Source: Fistulifera solaris (lineage: Eukaryota). Taken from it: 64,000 nt of DNA. Under the pieces are notes generated by a model. That model was not told where the DNA came from. It did no database searches and saw only the letters and a program-made list of their open reading frames with translations. The DNA lies in NCBI GenBank assembly GCA_030295235.1, contig AP026150.1, positions 372,001 through 436,000 of the forward strand, read 5' to 3'. Positions 23,062-35,425 of this stretch are shown here, piece after piece (positions within the stretch are counted from its first letter, which is position 1; each line of letters starts with the position of its first letter). Position numbers and translations under genes: made by a program.

Positions 23062-24972
23062 ATGAGTTTTTGTAGAAATGCTGCGCTTCTGCTTCTCATC
23101 TTGACAATATGCGTCAACGGGGAACGACCATCATCATCTTTACCGCTGAGTCGGCGTTCCCTACAGCAATCTTCACCAAATGATGACTCTTCCTCGACAA
23201 ACGACAAAAGTATTGTATCGAGCTCTTTTTCGAGTGCTTGGCCTCCTTGGCCGTTCAATCTCTTGTCGCCAACGACGACGACGACGACGACACGTAGTAG
23301 CAGCAGTGGCTGGAAGAATCGAGCTTGGCAACAAACACGACAATCACTGAAAGTCGCCGCCCGTCATACCCAACAACTCACCTCTTCACTCTACATGCAC
23401 TTGCCCCCGGCCGCGCATCCTTTTCTGATGATAGCCTGCATTCCACGTCATCAGAAAATACCGCTATTCTCCAATCCGTTGGCGCGATCTATAGGACTGG
23501 CATCCATGGGCATGGCCATTGTCAGTTGGGCGCATTGTGATTGGTATCGACAAAAGTCGTTGGTTCCGTTGCCTTTGGTATATCCAGATGTGCATCGTGC
23601 TATATTGCCGCCGTTCTTGCCCGAAACACCACCACTCGAAGTAAACACGCGCAACAAGGATTCTTCCCCGGACCCGACAACCAATCGCGCTGGGATCGAA
23701 GAAAACCGCAACCAATGGTTACCATTCCGACACAAATGGAGCTCTATTTCCAAGATCCCGTGGCCCTTGAGTCGTCGTTGGCAAACAATGCGCCAAAAAC
23801 GGCACATGCAACGGCTTCAGGAGCGTCGGCGTGTCATCTACGATGAATTGGTCGCATTGCAGACACTCAAGCGACAGCAAACGATGAAACACGAGGATAC
23901 CAAGGAACCGTTGGGATATGCCCTTGTCACGGGAGCCTCCAAAGGCATAGGGCGAGCAATTGCGGTCGAACTGGCTCGATGGGAAATACCCTTGATACTG
24001 GTAGCTCGAAATATTGATCGCTTGATTTCACTGGCCAATGATCTGGAGAATTGTTACGGTGTGAAATGCTGTGTCTTGGAAGCCGACTTGTCCAAGCCAC
24101 ATGTCGCGGAGCGTGTGTACAAAACCACGCAAGAAGCGGGGCTTCGCGTGGATATTCTCGTCAACAATGCCGGTACGGCATCCCATGGAATTATCGTAGA
24201 TCAACCACTAAAGGAAGTCAATCAAATGCTGCAACTCAATGCGGACTCCAGTGCAGTCCTTTCGAACTTGTTTGGTCACGAAATGAAGAAGCGACGGAGA
24301 GGACGCATACTGTTCGTTTCCTCTGTGAGTGGAACTGTGGCCGGTATATCGACCCTGGCGCTCTACTCTGCCACGAAAGCGTTCCAAAACTCACTGGCAG
24401 TAGCTTTGGCAAAAGAGATGGAACCGTGGGGAGTGGGGGTGACATGTCTCATGCCCGGAGCTGTAGAAGATACCGACTTTTCCAAGAATACTGACAACGC
24501 TTTGTGCTGGAAAATACCGTTTTATCCGAAAAAGCCACAGATCATTGCCAAAGTGGGAGTACGTGCCATGCTGCTCGGTGAAACAGAGGTAGTTCCAGGT
24601 TGGCAAAATCGTTTCTTTGTAAAGGTTCTAAAGCCAGCACTTCCTCAAAGACTCCATAATGTCATTGCCGAAACTGCGTGGAATCCTATTCGACCACCTT
24701 TTCAAAACTCGCATCGGCCTGGATTGGATGCTGAAAATCAGAATCACAATAAGTCACCAACTCCGCCCGCGCCCGCACGACCAAGCAATTTAGGTCATTT
24801 CTTCTCTCAACCTGGCCCACAACGACTGCCACGACTATTGCTACTAGGTCCAGAACCCAATGAGATGAATGATGGCGCGAAGGTTGAAGTAGATCCAAGC
24901 GACTTATCACATGATCATTATGATGAGGACGATAGGTCTGAACCAGTCGAAGGAACAAGCGATTTTAAATAG
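23062..24972 (+). CDS. Short-chain dehydrogenase/reductase with signal peptide and long N-terminal extension
   Basis: ALVTGASKGIG, LVNNAG and YSATK catalytic motifs. Confidence 0.88.
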   Translation: MSFCRNAALLLLILTICVNGERPSSSLPLSRRSLQQSSPNDDSSSTNDKSIVSSSFSSAWPPWPFNLLSPTTTTTTTRSSSSGWKNRAWQQTRQSLKVAARHTQQLTSSLYMHLPPAAHPFLMIACIPRHQKIPLFSNPLARSIGLASMGMAIVSWAHCDWYRQKSLVPLPLVYPDVHRAILPPFLPETPPLEVNTRNKDSSPDPTTNRAGIEENRNQWLPFRHKWSSISKIPWPLSRRWQTMRQKRHMQRLQERRRVIYDELVALQTLKRQQTMKHEDTKEPLGYALVTGASKGIGRAIAVELARWEIPLILVARNIDRLISLANDLENCYGVKCCVLEADLSKPHVAERVYKTTQEAGLRVDILVNNAGTASHGIIVDQPLKEVNQMLQLNADSSAVLSNLFGHEMKKRRRGRILFVSSVSGTVAGISTLALYSATKAFQNSLAVALAKEMEPWGVGVTCLMPGAVEDTDFSKNTDNALCWKIPFYPKKPQIIAKVGVRAMLLGETEVVPGWQNRFFVKVLKPALPQRLHNVIAETAWNPIRPPFQNSHRPGLDAENQNHNKSPTPPAPARPSNLGHFFSQPGPQRLPRLLLLGPEPNEMNDGAKVEVDPSDLSHDHYDEDDRSEPVEGTSDFK

Positions 24973-25124
24973 AGCTAGCAAACGGCGTCACCACTTTATC
25001 TTCGAGCACCAGGTTCGAGAGTCATCCATGTAATGTTTTAACGCTAATACGACGAACCCAATTGACTGCAAATATGAACGAGTCTATGTTTTTGACATTT
25101 CGTCATAATTGTCCATCTTTTAGC

Positions 25125-26502
25125 TTAACTGATGCGCAATTCGTCTCTGCTGTTGTTGTCGGCTGAATGCGTACTGTGCTGGCTGTCGTTAAAGTCAGCA
25201 CCACCAACCGATGCCCCATCTTCGTAACTTTCAGGATCGGCGGCGACGGCCAGTAAGACGATTCCAATGAGCAGCAGTATCAATCCCACTGGATAAAGTA
25301 CATATTGTAACAAGCCGTGGAGGTTCGCAAAAGTATCGTAATGAACGGCGCTCATGATAGATGCGGAAACGACAAACGAGCCCACAAACATGGCGGAGGA
25401 GTAAGTGGCATCGTATCGTTTCATGCACTGTATCAAAATGAGCAAACCACCCACAGCGGCTGTAATAGCACCTGTCATCAAAACAAAAAAGAGTATTGGT
25501 GGTATGGAAATTCCGAGTACCTTAGTTGACGCTGCGCTGGATGCTTTCAGTACTGTCAAGGCGTCCTTCAAAAAGTTTTGAAAGCCCGTTACACTTCCAC
25601 CCGCCACGCCCCATGCAAACCGCTTTAACTTAGGCGACGAACGTCCATTTTGGATCACAAACATCAGCGCCACCATCCAAGCCACTAAACCGAAGCAGAA
25701 CATGAAGAACTTGGTTTTGTGATAGGATTGTACCTTTCATTTAACGTATCGTAGTAAGAAACAACGTTCCGGACAGGAAGATGTATAAATTCTCCCAAAA
25801 AAAACTCACCACATCATGGATAGTAACACCCCCATCGTTTTTATGATCCCCAAAAGCGGCGACGACCACTTCGCCAAGCAGAATGAAAGCACAGGCAATC
25901 ACTTGTCGAAAACTGGGTGTCTCTTCTAATATCAGCGGACTGAACAGTATAATCCACACCAGCGTTAATCCAGAGAAAGGTGCTAAGATAGAAGGGGACG
26001 CGTAGTTCATGGCGATGACAGTCGTCAAGGGATTCAAGGTTGTCATTCCCAGCGTTCCCATACCCCGCAGAAAGTACGCCTGGTAGAGTTTTTTGAGTGC
26101 CATTTGTTCACGCGTTTGAGCCAGAGGGGCATCCGCAACCGGAGGCGCGCATAGTAGACCCCGAAACGTGATTCTTGTCGATGGCTCATTCATTCTCAAG
26201 GCTGCAGATGTATGCAGGCTTTGTCGTTCATTGGTGACAGGCGCTTCATCCGAACGATCGCCATGATAGGATTTGTCTCGCTCCGGAGGAGTGCTACTGC
26301 TATCAACTTGTAGAGCAACGGAGGTATGCTGTGAAACGTCCACTAACAACATGAAATCGCCAGTTGTCAAATTGTGACATTGTTCTTCGACTTGCCACGA
26401 TTTTCGAATAGCAAGTTTCGATGCGCCGCCAATCATCGACGATAGAATCGAGAATCCTATGCCTTTCACCCAGTCGCTCTGTGTAATCGTTCCATTACTC
26501 AT
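25125..26502 (-). CDS. NIPA-like magnesium transporter (DMT superfamily), intron 25734-25809
   Basis: YASPSILAPFSGLTLVW and KRYDATY motifs, multiple TMs; the GT-AG intron joins the two ORFs in frame. Confidence 0.75.
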
Positions 26503-26807
26503 GATTTCACACTTTGTTTTGATAAGTAAAATGAACACCTTGGTTGTCTTTTTTAAAAATGTTGATCAGCAAGCTTTTGGTTTATTTACACGATCCCTCG
26601 GGCTCGCGTAACGGTACCAAAGAGGTGCAGTTTACTAAGTGCAAACCATGATCATGACGCATAACAATTTGTCGGTTTAGCCAATCAAACAAGCTAAGGA
26701 TCTCTAGAGACTCCTCCTCTCTCTAGAGGCAACCACTGCAGCCGTTGGATTCTCACTACCAACGACTAGTTTCGGAAAGAAAAAGTTAAATAGGCAGCTC
26801 TTGTTTA

Positions 26808-28878
26808 CTACACGCAAGACCTCATAACGTTGTGTTGCTCAATTCTGGATCGTCCAGATTTTTTTCCTTCGAGGGCCTTTTCTAAGGCTTCCATACCTCG
26901 TGTTGTTTGTGCCTCTTGGCTAGGATTCCTTACAACTGGCACCGAAGAGCCACCTTTGTACATTGTCAATCCCTGCGGATATTGAATGTATTTGCTGGGT
27001 TTCGTCTTTGGCGGTTCCTTATTCTTGGCCATTTCCCACAGAATACCGGCACGAAAGGATCCCTGCTTGTAGAGTTGTGGACCACTGCCATATTTCAAAT
27101 AGTTTTCATGCTTCTTGGCTTTCAGCAATGCCGATTTTTCTTCGTCATCTTCTTCACTGTCAACCGCCCCGCCCTTATGCCGAATCGGTCGACGTGGGGT
27201 CATAGGGGTGGGCATCGGCGTTTTCATGGCGGCGGCTGCCTCTTCTTCAATGGTAGTCACCCAGTCGCGCACCGATGGCAACAAATTCACAAACACACCA
27301 AAACAGGAAACCAAAAAAAGCAAAAAGAAATACTTGTACACTTTCGATTCGGCATATTCGTGTAAGTGCGAGAGACTGGATGTGCCATGCGCATTGTGGA
27401 ACCATGACGCACATATTTGGTACAGAATGATGCAGGCAATGTTTGGAAGTCCACCTATACAAAACAAGTTGGTAGCACTGGCCAAAGCTTTCGCTTCCGG
27501 AGGCGACGCCGTAAAGGCGACTTCGTAAGCCGCCGATACAGCGAATATTTCGCCGGCACCTATCAATACGTAACTCATGGCCTGCCACGCGACATTCACT
27601 TTTCCACCACTTTCTGCAAATCGAGAATGAATCTTGTACTCCACAAGGAGTGCCCAAGCAATGGCCAAAGCGCCGAGGGCACTGCCAATGGCAAATTTAT
27701 GAGTGGTCGCCAGCTTGATATTGCATTTCGCCAAGGTAGGATACAACATATTTCCAATCAAATAACCAAACACTAACACCGCGACAGAATCGGCATTATT
27801 CATCGTGGCAGCATCGATACAACCAAAAAGCTTTTCCATGACAATACCTTGCACAATGAAGGTGGTGGCCATTTGTGAGTAGGCGATATTGAAGGGGATG
27901 ACGAGTAGTGATATCTTCAAAACGGTCATCAACGAAAAGTCGGTGGACGGGGACGGCGTCAAAAATTCGTACGGACTCTTTTTTCTTTTCTGGTTTGGGA
28001 GTCCATAATTGAAATTGCCCCTGTGGTCGTGTTCTCACGTACTTGGGGGTGCCGAGCAAAAATAGAAAGACGCCTAGCGTCAAAACGAGGACCGGAATGA
28101 AGTATGCGGTCGTGATGTCGTATTGAGCCACCTGTGGAACGATCACTCCTCCCGCGAGAGCTCCAATATTGATGCACATGTAAAAATTGACGTAGTATGA
28201 TTCAATCAACGATGATTGCAAAATTGGATGAAATTGTTTCGCCCCAAAAACATTGACGACAGATTTGACACTGCCCGTACCGATCGGCCAGAGTGCCAGC
28301 AAACCCCATCGTAGTGCAGATTGATTGAATGTCGGACCTAAACACTCCGGAATAGTTGTAAGAGCAATCAACGTTAGGCCTGGTATATAAAACAACATTG
28401 CGCCCCCAGCAATGGTGTAATATTCACCCAGAAAGCAATCCGCCAGCAAGGCCCCCACAAAGGGCATTGTGTACGCAATGGCGGTCGATACGGAAACATA
28501 CGAAGATGCCTGCACGGCTTCCATATTCGCATTCCAGTTGCGATTGTAGGCACCGGTCAAATAGGCCGCCTGTGTATAATTGATGCCGTAAAACGCAAAT
28601 CGCTCCAGCAACTCCACAATTAAAATATAAATCACCGAATAACTCATCGGATTCAAATGATATTTGTAGTTATCACCGCGACTATCGGTAAAGAGCAAAG
28701 GATGGATCGGATCTCCGGTCAAACATTCGTCCGGTAGCGATTCCAGTTGTTCTTCGGTCGATACATTGGCCGGCAATTCGACTTCTAAAGGCATGGATGT
28801 CGAATAAAACATCGGTTTATCCGAACTGGTCGAAGGAGCATCCCCCGATGGATGCACGATGCGAGGTGATGTGCTCAT
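26808..28878 (-). CDS. Proton-dependent oligopeptide transporter (POT/PTR), apparent frameshift near 27980
   Basis: ELLERFAFYG (ExxER), LADCFLG, FGAKQF, FYMCINIGAL and GAGEIF motifs. Confidence 0.9.
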
Positions 28879-29506
28879 TCTCTGTATAATAAATAATATA
28901 GCAGCAACCCCGGAAAATTGTTGCTGAATGCCATTCGAAGGAACGCGACCGTCGTTACCAGCATTACCAGGTATCTAACTGCCAACGAAAACACGTCTGC
29001 ATTCTCGTTCGCGTCACAAAAGCTTCCGTTTTTGATTGTGGCACTTGTTCCGTCCACCCGGAAATTAAGGTGCGTGACGTCGATCACCGTGATTCACAAC
29101 AGTCACGGTTCAAGCAAGGGGAACAATGACGAAAGTGTTGAACCAAAACAACAACACAAAACACAGATTGATTACATACCGGAAATTTCTTATGGACAAC
29201 CACTACATCATTATTTTGAAACTCGTGACAGAATCGTACCAGGTACAGTCCAACAAAGAAAAAACAAGGGTGAAACGTGCAGCACAAGTTCATCGCGTAA
29301 AAAAACTTAGGTGCGAAATTTTTAACCAATCATTAATCCAGAAAATGAACAAAAGTGTTCCCCATTTGGTTTCACTTTTTCATTGGACCGCGAATCCCAA
29401 CCAAAATGTCAAAGACCTAAATGAGCTCATAAAAAAGATTTCGTCTCGGTTGATAACGCAATCTCCCTTTGTCTCTCTCTCTCACTCTCTTATCATCATC
29501 ATCACC

Positions 29507-30760
29507 ATGAAGCTCGCTCTCTCTCTTTCCGTCGTGGCCGGACTCGTCTCTATGACCCAGGCTCGTCTCAATGTCGCTACTACCGTGCAGCAACAGGAAG
29601 CCGAGATGGTGACCGAACTCGGCCGCAACAAGAAGAAGAAGAAACAAACGATCGGCTGGCACAAACTCATCCACGTGACGTTCAAGATGGAACACTTCAA
29701 GTCTTTCGACGAGCCGGGCGAGTTTAACAAGAAGGTGGCCATCGGCGCCTTCAATCGTGCCTTCGAAGAAGTCTTTGAGGGCATTACCATGGATTGGGAT
29801 TTCATTGACAGTCTCATCCAAGTCCCGGAACCGGAATATCTCAGCAACGGAGATCTGTTGTACCCCCGCCCTCACCCGGGACGCCCTGTTCCGAAGCGTG
29901 ATCCGAAGAAGCCGACGCACAACGGGAGTCATACGATTTACGGGTACATTCATGGAGATCCGACTTGTCGACTTTGCCCAAACGATTTTCTGGGAAGCGG
30001 AGCGAGCGGCGAGAGCTTCTCGAACTTTCTCAAAGATCAAGCCAAGTGGGATGAAGTTGGCAAGTTGTTTTGCATGGAGCTCAAAGGGACGGGTATTGAA
30101 AATTATGAAGATGTCAAGAACTGTGCTTTCACTGTCGGGTATGTTGGTGACAACGAGATTGAGTTGATGGAGTCCGCCGCCACTGTTGCTCTCGCGTCGG
30201 ACGTCTTGACAGATGTGTCAGGAAGCACCAACGCCATCGTCACCGCTTATCGCATTCATCCGTCTGCCGTCTTGGACATGGAGGTCCTGGAGAAGGCATT
30301 CACCGTCGCCTACAACAACGTCTTTGAGGATCGCGACTTTATGGTGGAGGGTGTTCAGCTTTTGCGTCAGGTTGTCGCGGACGAAATGGCGGTGGGTCAG
30401 AGTAGTGTGCGTGTTCACGACAATGAGATTGCTGTTTCGGTCCTTGACGAAGAGAACGAAGCTGACGACGACGACAGCGAAGATACCGATGAGGACACGG
30501 ATTCGGAAGACGCCGATGACGACGATAGTGACGAGGTCGAGTTTCTCACCGCCATGTACTGGTTGAAAGTTGACTGGACCTGCAAGGGATCGACGTGCAG
30601 CGCGGACAAAATGTTGCCTGGTGTTTTCTTGCAGAATACGCCAGGTATCAGCCGTCATACCATCTTGGAGTCGTATCTCTGCCACAACTTGCGAGAGTTC
30701 GGTGACGCGTCGTTTGCCGACGTCGACGGATGTGACATTATGTTCCTCGTCGGAGTGTAA
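29507..30760 (+). CDS. Secreted two-repeat Cys-containing acidic protein
   Basis: Signal peptide MKLALSLSVVAG; poly-Lys; CRLCPND; Asp/Glu tract; C-ending codon bias suggests high expression. Confidence 0.8.
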   Translation: MKLALSLSVVAGLVSMTQARLNVATTVQQQEAEMVTELGRNKKKKKQTIGWHKLIHVTFKMEHFKSFDEPGEFNKKVAIGAFNRAFEEVFEGITMDWDFIDSLIQVPEPEYLSNGDLLYPRPHPGRPVPKRDPKKPTHNGSHTIYGYIHGDPTCRLCPNDFLGSGASGESFSNFLKDQAKWDEVGKLFCMELKGTGIENYEDVKNCAFTVGYVGDNEIELMESAATVALASDVLTDVSGSTNAIVTAYRIHPSAVLDMEVLEKAFTVAYNNVFEDRDFMVEGVQLLRQVVADEMAVGQSSVRVHDNEIAVSVLDEENEADDDDSEDTDEDTDSEDADDDDSDEVEFLTAMYWLKVDWTCKGSTCSADKMLPGVFLQNTPGISRHTILESYLCHNLREFGDASFADVDGCDIMFLVGV

Positions 30761-31419
30761 GTCGGCTAATCGATCTTCGAAAGGGTGGTCTCGTAGACCT
30801 CAGCTGTCGAATGCTGAGCTCTTGTATGGCGAGACCTCAATACATATTACATGATGAAAAGGAGAGACGTAGTTTAAAGCTGTAACTGGTTAGAATGAAA
30901 CGAACATCTCTGCATTTTTGAAAAAACAAAAAGCATCATTTTGATTCATGACTGACTTACAGTCGTGGAAAAAGGTCGCCTACATTTGAAGTTATAGTAG
31001 CGATTGAAGACAAACATTCCCCCAGCCATAACCGACATCATCAAGCAAGAGAGGCATTGCTAGTACCACTGTGGTAAATGCATTGTCATGAAGACAGACA
31101 TAGATCAACAACCTTGCAGAACAAACAAAGTTTAGCTCGCGTATGTCGACGACTCGAAAGAATTTTTGAGTCATGACTCATGACTAGAATGCAATCTTGG
31201 CTTTAATCTGAAAAGGAAAAACCAAGATTGCGCATCGCGCCTTGCAATTCAAAGTAATCAATCGTTGAATGCAAATGCAAATGAAAATATGCAAGTGATG
31301 CTGACACTGTGAATCTAATAAATAGATTCAAGTATCGAGTCAACAATCCTTTGAACAATGAAGCAGCGGACGAATCGGCTGTTGGGCGACTTCGCTTGGA
31401 TAATATGTGTATCCGAGTT

Positions 31420-32384
31420 GATGTTCGCTTTTCAGGGAATGGAGGCGGCGATCGTTGGTAATATTTATCCGCAACCAAACGATGCACAAGACTTTTTGGC
31501 CCATATTCTTTGCTTTGATATCATTTCCAATCAAGACTGCTGTTGGGGTGCTCGTCGTGCTCTCGGACACTTGTCTTTAGCGATGAAAGAAGATTGCGAG
31601 AATCACCTTTCGTTGGTGCACACCGACGACAATCGATTACTACACTCGCTTTCTTTTCGTTAAAAACGTCATTACTGCTGGATGGATGACTCCAAAGGAA
31701 GAGATGATTTGGAGCAGCCCATTCAGCTTTCTGTGGGATGACAAAGAATCAAACATGATGTTGCACGATTTACCGTTGAAAGAAGTGATGCCACAACTCC
31801 CCAACTCAATTAATCACAACAACCAGACAGTCACAGTATGCATCGAACAGTCTCTGTCAGGCTCTGGAATGCATAGGGAGATTAACTACAAGCTGCACGC
31901 AGACCGCGACTTGAAATCCTTGGATATCCTCGTACATTTGCCGGCCGACGTATTCATCAACCGAGAGGATGCAGTCGCCAAAACCTTGCATACGCAACTC
32001 ATTGATATTGTTACAACAGACTCTATTGATTTAGAGGAACCTACCTTTGTAAGTCCAGCGCATGCTGTGGTACTGCGATTCGGTGACACTCGACTAGACG
32101 CATCGTTCTCCTTGAAACTGCATTTGCGATACCCACAGCCGCTGGAAGACGGAGATTTTCGTCGCATCGTTTTGCCACCATCACTTGGTGTCTTTGCCAC
32201 GGTAGGGAGCGACGAACCAGTGGCCATTGTAGCTGATAGCTCGTGTGCTCAGCCTATCATGATCTGGACTGCCTGTGGATACGCGGTAGATTCACTGTGG
32301 GTCCTTGTCGCTACAATGGGTTTTGCATTAGCCGGTGCTGCGGTCATGTTGTCGGATCTATCAAAAGTTGCCACTTGGATATAA
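31420..32384 (+). CDS. PIGX: PIG-X/PBN1-like GPI mannosyltransferase I subunit (N-terminal part in a separate frame)
   Basis: GMHR, LPADVFI, DLEEP and LHLRY motifs plus C-terminal TM in ORF 31686..32384; upstream ORF 31358..31663 is probably its N-terminus; start uncertain. Confidence 0.7.
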
Positions 32385-32485
32385 AAGAGTGCATTATTTG
32401 TTGAATAGTATAGTATATTTGACTACGTGTGAATGCTTTTATCATGTCTTAGATGCTTAGTGCCGTCTCTGCCAGATAGAGACTT

Positions 32486-34909
32486 TTAGACGACGAGACC
32501 AGGTCGAAGAGAGATGGCAAGCTTTTCAATATCGTTCCACTTTTCACTCAAAGCTACAAGTTTCTTGCGAGCCTCCTCTTCATCTTGCTGGTACGCAGCA
32601 GAGCACTTGTCATAGACCTCGAGGTCGTATTCCATGTACATTTTCAACACGTTCTGAGCCAAACCTTCCACAGTAGCATTCCAGTGTCCAGAAGAGTTTT
32701 TGTGAAGCGGGCCGTAGATGATTGGTAGAACCGTGGCGGCATTTAGTCGCGACAAGCAGCCAGAATTGACTAAATGCTCGTTGTTCCACAAAAGAGCGCA
32801 CGCTCGACCACTTGAAAATGGTCGGAGTCCAGACAGCGCGCCAAATTCGTAAAAAGCATAGTGCTGCATTGCGCTAGTTGGTCCGCACCGAGAAGCTCCA
32901 GAATTTCTTCGAGCTCATTCAAAAACATGACTTGCTTACCACTGTTACTCCATGGCCAGCATTTGAAGAATCCGTTCAGGATTGGAGTAGCCGTATCTGC
33001 GTCCTTCTCGACGTATTGAATGATGCAGTATGAGAGCTGCTGGTGATAAAGCGATACACATTTGGGCTTGTGCAATGGAATGAGGGCCCGGACCAAAAAT
33101 TGTAGATGCTCCTTTTTAAGAGGAATGGCGAAACCATTGATGATACTACCCAGAATCTCGAGCAGTTCACCAATCCCATTGTGTCGCTCCGTTTCGTAGA
33201 CAAAGCGATAGAAGACGTTGGAAATGGCACGTCGGATGAACGATCGGTGAGACATGAACTTTCCGTAAATTCGGTGCAAAATTGTCTTTAAATAGTCTCG
33301 TTCGCGGGGATCTTCACTGTCAAACAGTTCAACCAATTGTAGGCAAAACTTTTGGTCCACGTACTTCTTGGCGGCCTTGGCGTTAACTTCCGAACTGACG
33401 ATGAACCTCAAAAGAACTCGTAAGCAACCTGCAAATGAGGCCAAGCCGGCTCCAAAACAGGCTCGTCCTCTTCGGGGTCAAAGTCATCCGTCGCCGGTGG
33501 CAATGCACGGCAAACATTAGCCGATACCATCGCCATCAAATCTCCCATGATCGATTCCGTGAAAATCTTTTGTCCAGCTGGAGTGTTTACGTAATCCACT
33601 AACTCCAGAAGCGTCTGACGTTTCATATCTTTACCTCTCTTATCCGCAGTAGGATCATCGAAAGAAAAAATGACACTGCACAACTTTAACTTGAGCACAA
33701 AAAGCTCTTCTCGCTTGGCCGGCGGTGCATCGCGGAGAGCTGGCAGATCCTTCAGAGCACTGCGATCTGCACCTGGTACCTGGATCTGTATCTTCTCCAT
33801 ACCTGGGCGGGGTGATTCTTTTGCTACAGCGGCAGGAGCAGTGATCGTTGGAGGTTTACTGCCTGCGCTTCCTCGACGACGAGCTTCTTCGGTTTCCTGC
33901 AGCAAGTAAAAAAAACACATTGTAAGAAATCAAACGACATAATCAATCGAACAAAAGGTCGACCTGAGAAGTACAGACCGATACTAATTGCTGCGAATGC
34001 TGGACAAACTCCAGTGGATGTATGGATGTATTTCGCGCGCTAATATTTGAACTAGCACGACGCTTCTTGGAGTACAATTGTGGAATCGACTCGGGTGTCA
34101 AAGATCGGCGTTGCGTAGCAGAAAAGTAACGGCTTCCATCGCCCAGATACTGAACACGCATCTCCCGATAACGTGGCACCCGGTGTTCGGCCAGTAAATG
34201 ATATTCCTGGTCGTTTGTGTCGTCAATATCAAAGACACGAATCCACGGAGACATCAGCACTTGACAAGGATTTGGAAAACGATTGATAAACTCGTACACT
34301 GCCGATGAAGTATTGCGGCCATTGCCGCCGCTCGATCTAACATCATCCTCCGATTTCTCAATCGTTTCTTCAAATGTCGTGTCGAGCGGACTCAGTGGAG
34401 GCGACTCGGTCCAAGACGATGCCGACGACACAGGCGAACCCACAAGGTCGGGTAGAGGATGAATTTCCACTTTCATGAGCTTTTTTGTTGGAAGGCGGAG
34501 ACCACATGGTGTACCAAAGATCTATTCCGCCAGAAAATAACTCTTTTACCATCCATCCAGTGGATTCTTTCGGACGACAAACACCATCTTCGAACGATTC
34601 GTCCAGTCTCCTTGAAAAATTGTCTCAACGATAACAAAGAACTGCCTGGTTCGAACTATTTAGACGAGCAAAACGCGAGCCGGTCGGTCACTTACGCAAG
34701 GCGCGGTTCTTTTCGGCTATACACTCTAGTAACGAGAAATGTCTCACCGCCGACGAGACAAGGAGTTTGGAATCTTACGAGGCGGATGACTGCGACGTTC
34801 CGTACGACGGTCTTACCTGTGCGGGTTGTTGCTGCGATGGCTTGTTGGCTGGCTGTTGCTGTTGTTTACTGGTATTCTTTCTCCCTTTCCCCAAGCGCAT
34901 CATCATCAT
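32486..34909 (-). CDS. Protein phosphatase 2A regulatory subunit B' (B56); first exon 34817-34909, intron 33897-34816, two apparent frameshifts
   Basis: [42 protein letters not shown] and HFQVVERAL motifs; in-frame GTAAGA donor and TGCAG acceptor. Confidence 0.92.
33943..34476 (-). CDS. ORF inside the B56 intron; possible alternative first exon
   Basis: 177-aa ATG ORF on the same strand and in the same phase as the downstream B56 exon. Confidence 0.5.
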   Translation of the reverse strand: MKVEIHPLPDLVGSPVSSASSWTESPPLSPLDTTFEETIEKSEDDVRSSGGNGRNTSSAVYEFINRFPNPCQVLMSPWIRVFDIDDTNDQEYHLLAEHRVPRYREMRVQYLGDGSRYFSATQRRSLTPESIPQLYSKKRRASSNISARNTSIHPLEFVQHSQQLVSVCTSQVDLLFD

Positions 34910-35425
34910 CCGAGGGATATGTTGTTGTTTCGAAAGATATTCGAGAGAAGAAGACTCAAAAGTTGATAACAGGAAGAAGGGAAGAGCGAAGAGCGCACAA
35001 CAACGCGAGATGTGTCGTTTTGACGAAAGTCTGCGCGCGGCAACGGAATGATCCGCAAGTTTGAACGAGGGTCGTGGATTTGGGATTGTGACGTTTTCTA
35101 TTTAGTAGGATGTCTCCGTCTACTTTAATCGGTAGAGTGGGCCAAATTCTTTGATTTCCCCCGCTAAGGACATTGTCGTAGGAATTGTACGTCGATTTTT
35201 TGTTATTTGACTTGGATCATGTTGCGATACTTAGTTGGATTACAGATCAATACTCCGTAGTACGTAGTACTTTAACAAGTGAACCTTGACCCTTGACACC
35301 GAAAACGAAAAGCGCGGCAATTTCATTATTTTAGTTGTTCGGATGAAATGCGAAGGCAATAACAACGAAGGGACGCATTGTTTCTCGATACAAAAACACT
35401 TACAAAGTATAAGAAGGGTAAAAAC

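Noticed and set aside
29126..29506. N-terminal extensions in the ORF track (also 11171-11275, 19152-19484, 46665-46823, 57922-58089)
   Set aside because: AT-rich UTR/promoter-like sequence upstream of better ATGs that begin signal peptides or align with paralogs
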